A stretch of 64,000 bases of DNA from Macrostomum hystrix (Eukaryota > Animalia > Platyhelminthes). Shown here piece by piece: positions 60,248 to 64,000 of the stretch. The notes under the pieces were generated by a model, which had not been told where the DNA came from, did not search any database, and was given only the letters and a program-made list of their open reading frames with translations. The stretch spans positions 5,828,001 through 5,892,000 of the forward strand of contig CATNEN010000011.1 of assembly GCA_950097015.1 (NCBI GenBank), written 5' to 3'. Each line of letters starts with the position of its first letter. Within the stretch, counting starts at the first letter, position 1. A program made the translations under genes and the position numbers.

Positions 60248-63163
60248 GTCGATTTCGTCTGAGCTAATTAGCAGCTAGTTAGCCTACTTGAGTATTTCTC
60301 GATTCTTCTTCAGAGTAGCAAACAAAGCAGTTAGAAGTAAGCTTGACTATCATCAAGAAACGGAGTCAACACAATATAAACGCCGAACGGGGAGAGCTGC
60401 TGGTTGAGCAGAGGCTACAGCAAGGAATGAGAAAGGGAAAACGCTGTATTTAGACGGTTAGACAGGGATTTTTGGGGAGAACAACGTCTGGTTGGCTGCA
60501 GGGGTGAAGGGCGAGGGCGTCTGTGGCTTGTATGCATTGTAGGAGTAAAGCTATAGGACCAGCTGTACGCGTACCAAGGACGAGAATGAGAGAGAGAGAA
60601 CAGCAATGAGAGCTGCCATGCTAAGGGGTGGCTTCAGGGTTGAATAGAAAAATTGGCACTGCGGCCGGGTTGTGGTGCGCACCGCATTGCTGAGTACTAT
60701 CGTATTCTCATCGGCAGGTAAAATGAGGTAAGTTGTTAAATAGCATCTATACTCCGTCTCTAATTTGAGGCACTAGGATAAATTATTTTTATCAAATTTA
60801 AAATTAAAATGATTTGAAAAAGAAAAATACATTAACAAAAAATATTTTACTAAACAACCAAGTGGAAACTTAACTATGAGTAAAATGAGAATGAGAGGGT
60901 ACAAAGGGTAGAGGGGAGAGAAAGGGTAGAAAGGGTAGATAAAAGTCACAATAGACATAGTACGAGCAGATCTTTAACGAACTGTTTAGGAATAAATGCA
61001 GAAACTGCTACTTAAAAGTGCAAAAGCAATGGAAAAGCAGCAAAAATGGCTATTCTATTTGCTTTTTAAGCGATGCGGGGCATATGAAAATGTATACAGT
61101 GCATATTGAATATTAAATAATTTTCTGTGTCAATATGTTATCCAAGGAAAAAATACCATCGTAAGTCCCAAAGGAGAATAATAAAGCGCCAATCGATATA
61201 TTATAATTAGTTGACTCTGTCGAAACTTCCGTCTGTGTATTGATGAAATTGCACATAATCGCGGGCGAAAAGAGCTCCTTGTGCTTTAAAATTGCTATTT
61301 TTTTTATTATTATTAATATTATTTGATTATATTAAAATTTTATTTATTATTATTATTTTTATTTCTGCTATTGTTTTTTTAATATTGTTTTTGAAGTCTA
61401 GTACTTTAAGTACACGAGCACTCTAGTACTCCGGTGTTTGTGGTATTCTAAGGTTTCTGGGAAAGGGAAAGTACTTTCAGTACTCGATTACGAATTGTAT
61501 TGTATCACGCTCTCCAATTATATTGTATTCCATCTCTTCTGTTCTGATTCTGGTATGATAGCAACGAATAAATTTCAAAGAAGCAGACGTTTGTACATGC
61601 ACTTGAAAATTTAAGCAATTCCGTGCAATTCTTTTACCTGAGACAGATTTTACCACAGACAAATATGGATCTATCCAAAAAAATTGCCTTCTAAATTGAA
61701 GGCAAGGCGAATAAAATAAAGTTTATTAACTGATGAATTCAAGAAAGATCGGTTTAGCAAGCCGTCGTTAAATTGTAAACGGAAGCTGCTATACCACCAT
61801 GAACTATAAGCTGGTGGTGCTATTGTGTCGGGCAGCAACGTGTCTCATCCTCATACTACTGGCCAATACTCCGCTCGGGATAATTTGCATGCCAGCGCAT
61901 AGTGCTATGTACAGACGGAACCAACATTACTTCGGCAACGACTCGGTCCTCAATGCCACCGTTCTAAGAGGCCAGTCAAGACTTCTCTATACAAGTGGCG
62001 CTCCAGCCTTCAGCACCGAGAATCACATCCTGCCTCAGGTGGTCTTTGTTTTATATGCTGAGCACACTGACTGACAAGTTACAGTGCTGATGGCAAGTTT
62101 GCGTCCAATTTGAACCGGCAAAAAATCTTTCTTTTATTTCCACAAAAAGTAACACGCAACGAGTGAAAATCGCATTGGCTACTGCAACTTACCACGATAT
62201 TTAATATGAAAATTTTCCTCAAAATAAAAAACCTAAACAACAAGCTCGAAGTACTACTTGTAGTTATGTCATATTCCTTATAAAATAAAACTACTTCTGG
62301 TTAAAAAAGTGAAAACGGAAAACATACTTTTTTATTATACTACTAATAGTATCGGTTTTAGTGCTTTTTATTTAGTTAACTCAAGTTAATCGAGTTATTT
62401 AGATGAGCAGTGAACCGTTGTCTGCAGCCACCGAGTTGTTAGAAAAAAAGGCCAAAATTCAATTAGAAAATCAAAATCAAATCAAAATCAAAATCAAAAT
62501 GACTGTCATCAAAATGACAGCCATAAAAATCACTGACCCAATTTGACTACAAAAAACTGACTGTAAAAAGTTTGACTACCGAGAATAATTTTGATTTAAA
62601 TAGTCATTCATCAAGCTTCTCAGTTAATTACCTGTCATCTGTACAATTCTCTCGTTTAACTTTTACTACTGAACATATTGTGGCAGTCAATTTTGGTAAA
62701 CCCCTCAGTTGAAAACCCGGCAATTTCAAAGGCCACGGAGGGGGCACAGCTTGCTACCAGTGAGAGTCTTAATGAGAGAGAGTACATCTCCCTTTATGGT
62801 TCAGGAGGACATTCATTGGTCTCCTGGATGCAGGTGACCCAGTCATTAAGCTGCATGACGATTAATGACGGCGGTCGGCATCGGGAACGTCGGCGAGCTT
62901 TCCGTTCCCACGGAAACCCATGTAACTGGGAATCCCATGATAGTGTTTGCATCTGCCAAGAGGTTAAGTAACTGGACACAGTCGGAGACTATTCGCTCTG
63001 GCCAATACTCTATTTGCTTTTTAAGCGATGCGGGGCATATGCTTCTAAACCTTCTATGCTTCACCAGCGATGTTGCTGAATAATCTCGTTATTTTAAGTG
63101 CTGCAGAGGGCTTTGAGAGCAGCCTGACAGTCAGAATCGATAACTACTTCTCTGCCACTGAGT

Positions 63164-63727
63164 CTATTGACGCTGGAGAGTCTTCCAGAAGGTTGCGATC
63201 ACTTGATTGCCTTCCATAAAGTCCGCCTTCAAGTCATCGAGCGACAACTCCATCGACATCGTCAGCTCGACCAGCTTCGACATGTCGCCTGCAGCCTCCG
63301 CCATCGCCGTCTCCTGCCTGTAGCTTCTCACATCGTCCATGTCCCGCTGCCACACACGCGCTGTTTCAATCCGAGCTGTCATCAGGCCTGTCAGTCGATC
63401 TTCACTCGAATCCAGGTATCTCCGCATTGTCTCAAACAGCTGCTTCGCCCGTCGCAGCTGCTCCTCCATCTCGTGAATCCAATCTCCTCCACCACCTGCT
63501 GCACTGCCACCTGCAGCTTCGACATGTAAGTAGCCACGCAGCACCTCATCGACCTTCTCTTTCAGCTTGATGGCATCCGCCACTTCAACACTCAGGTGTT
63601 CCGAGCACAGGTAGCGCCCGGAGAATGGACCCCGGCCGACTGCAGCTTCTTGGCAGACGACGCAGATTGGGATGGCTTCAGGAAGTCCTTCGGAACTCGA
63701 GCTGTCGCTGGAGTCTCCACGCTGCAT
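63164..63727 (-). CDS. Small protein with a B-box-like Cys/His motif and a coiled-coil (TRIM-fragment-like)
   Basis: CVVC...YLCSEH followed by a charged helical heptad-rich region; GC-rich coding-like composition. An acceptor-like TTCCAG just upstream suggests a possible 5' exon. Confidence 0.5.
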   Translation of the reverse strand: MQRGDSSDSSSSEGLPEAIPICVVCQEAAVGRGPFSGRYLCSEHLSVEVADAIKLKEKVDEVLRGYLHVEAAGGSAAGGGGDWIHEMEEQLRRAKQLFETMRRYLDSSEDRLTGLMTARIETARVWQRDMDDVRSYRQETAMAEAAGDMSKLVELTMSMELSLDDLKADFMEGNQVIATFWKTLQRQ

Positions 63728-64000
63728 TTCAGATTCAAGGTCTGGAAAGAGAGTCGGAAACAGGCCGTGTGAGTTGAAGACTGCTGCTGGAATCTACATC
63801 TGATCGGTATCTCAAAGATGGCTGCTCATGTTAAACGTCGGGATGCTCCAGACGGCGATGAAGGAGACCCCGGTGCCAGGGATGCTGAGAACAAAGGTCT
63901 CTACGACTGATGGACGATGGACGATGGTTCAGATTATTGAACCAATGCGAGCAATGGATTGGCCATAGAGGCTTATGCATAGCATTGTTGTTGTCCTTGT

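Noticed and set aside
61799-62074. 91-aa plus-strand ORF with a hydrophobic N-terminus
   Set aside because: No recognisable domain or splice support; it may be a fragment of a repeat.

Overview
Eukaryotic genomic DNA from an invertebrate: GT-AG introns, GC-rich Gln/Ala-rich exons, and AT-rich introns packed with minisatellites. The style resembles the flatworm Macrostomum, but that is inference. Host genes are an intronless TAF4 (minus, 12749-14464), two tandem hnRNP U-like SPRY + P-loop genes (plus, 31708-36593 and 38318-43853), a 17-exon PH/coiled-coil/TBC RabGAP with an extra C-terminal beta-propeller-like region (minus, 46745-60247), and a short B-box-like/coiled-coil ORF (minus, 63164-63727). 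Mobile DNA comprises a decayed Ty3/gypsy element (about 17960-25840), a non-autonomous Helentron/HINE-like element (25841-29219), a 5'-truncated RTE-like LINE with an 11-bp target-site duplication (54043-54619) and about 20 tandem-repeat arrays. The most unusual signal lies behind the gypsy pol. An extra degenerate ORF of about 185 codons with no recognisable homology is bracketed by two clusters of hairpins, 12 in total. Their stems differ in sequence but stay paired, often through G-U pairs, while the loop is almost always GTA(T/C)T. One hairpin buries the extra ORF's ATG, and a further structured block follows. This looks like a cis-acting RNA module carried by the retroelement. A second theme is intronic minisatellites that start exactly at splice sites and multiply donor or branch-point signals.
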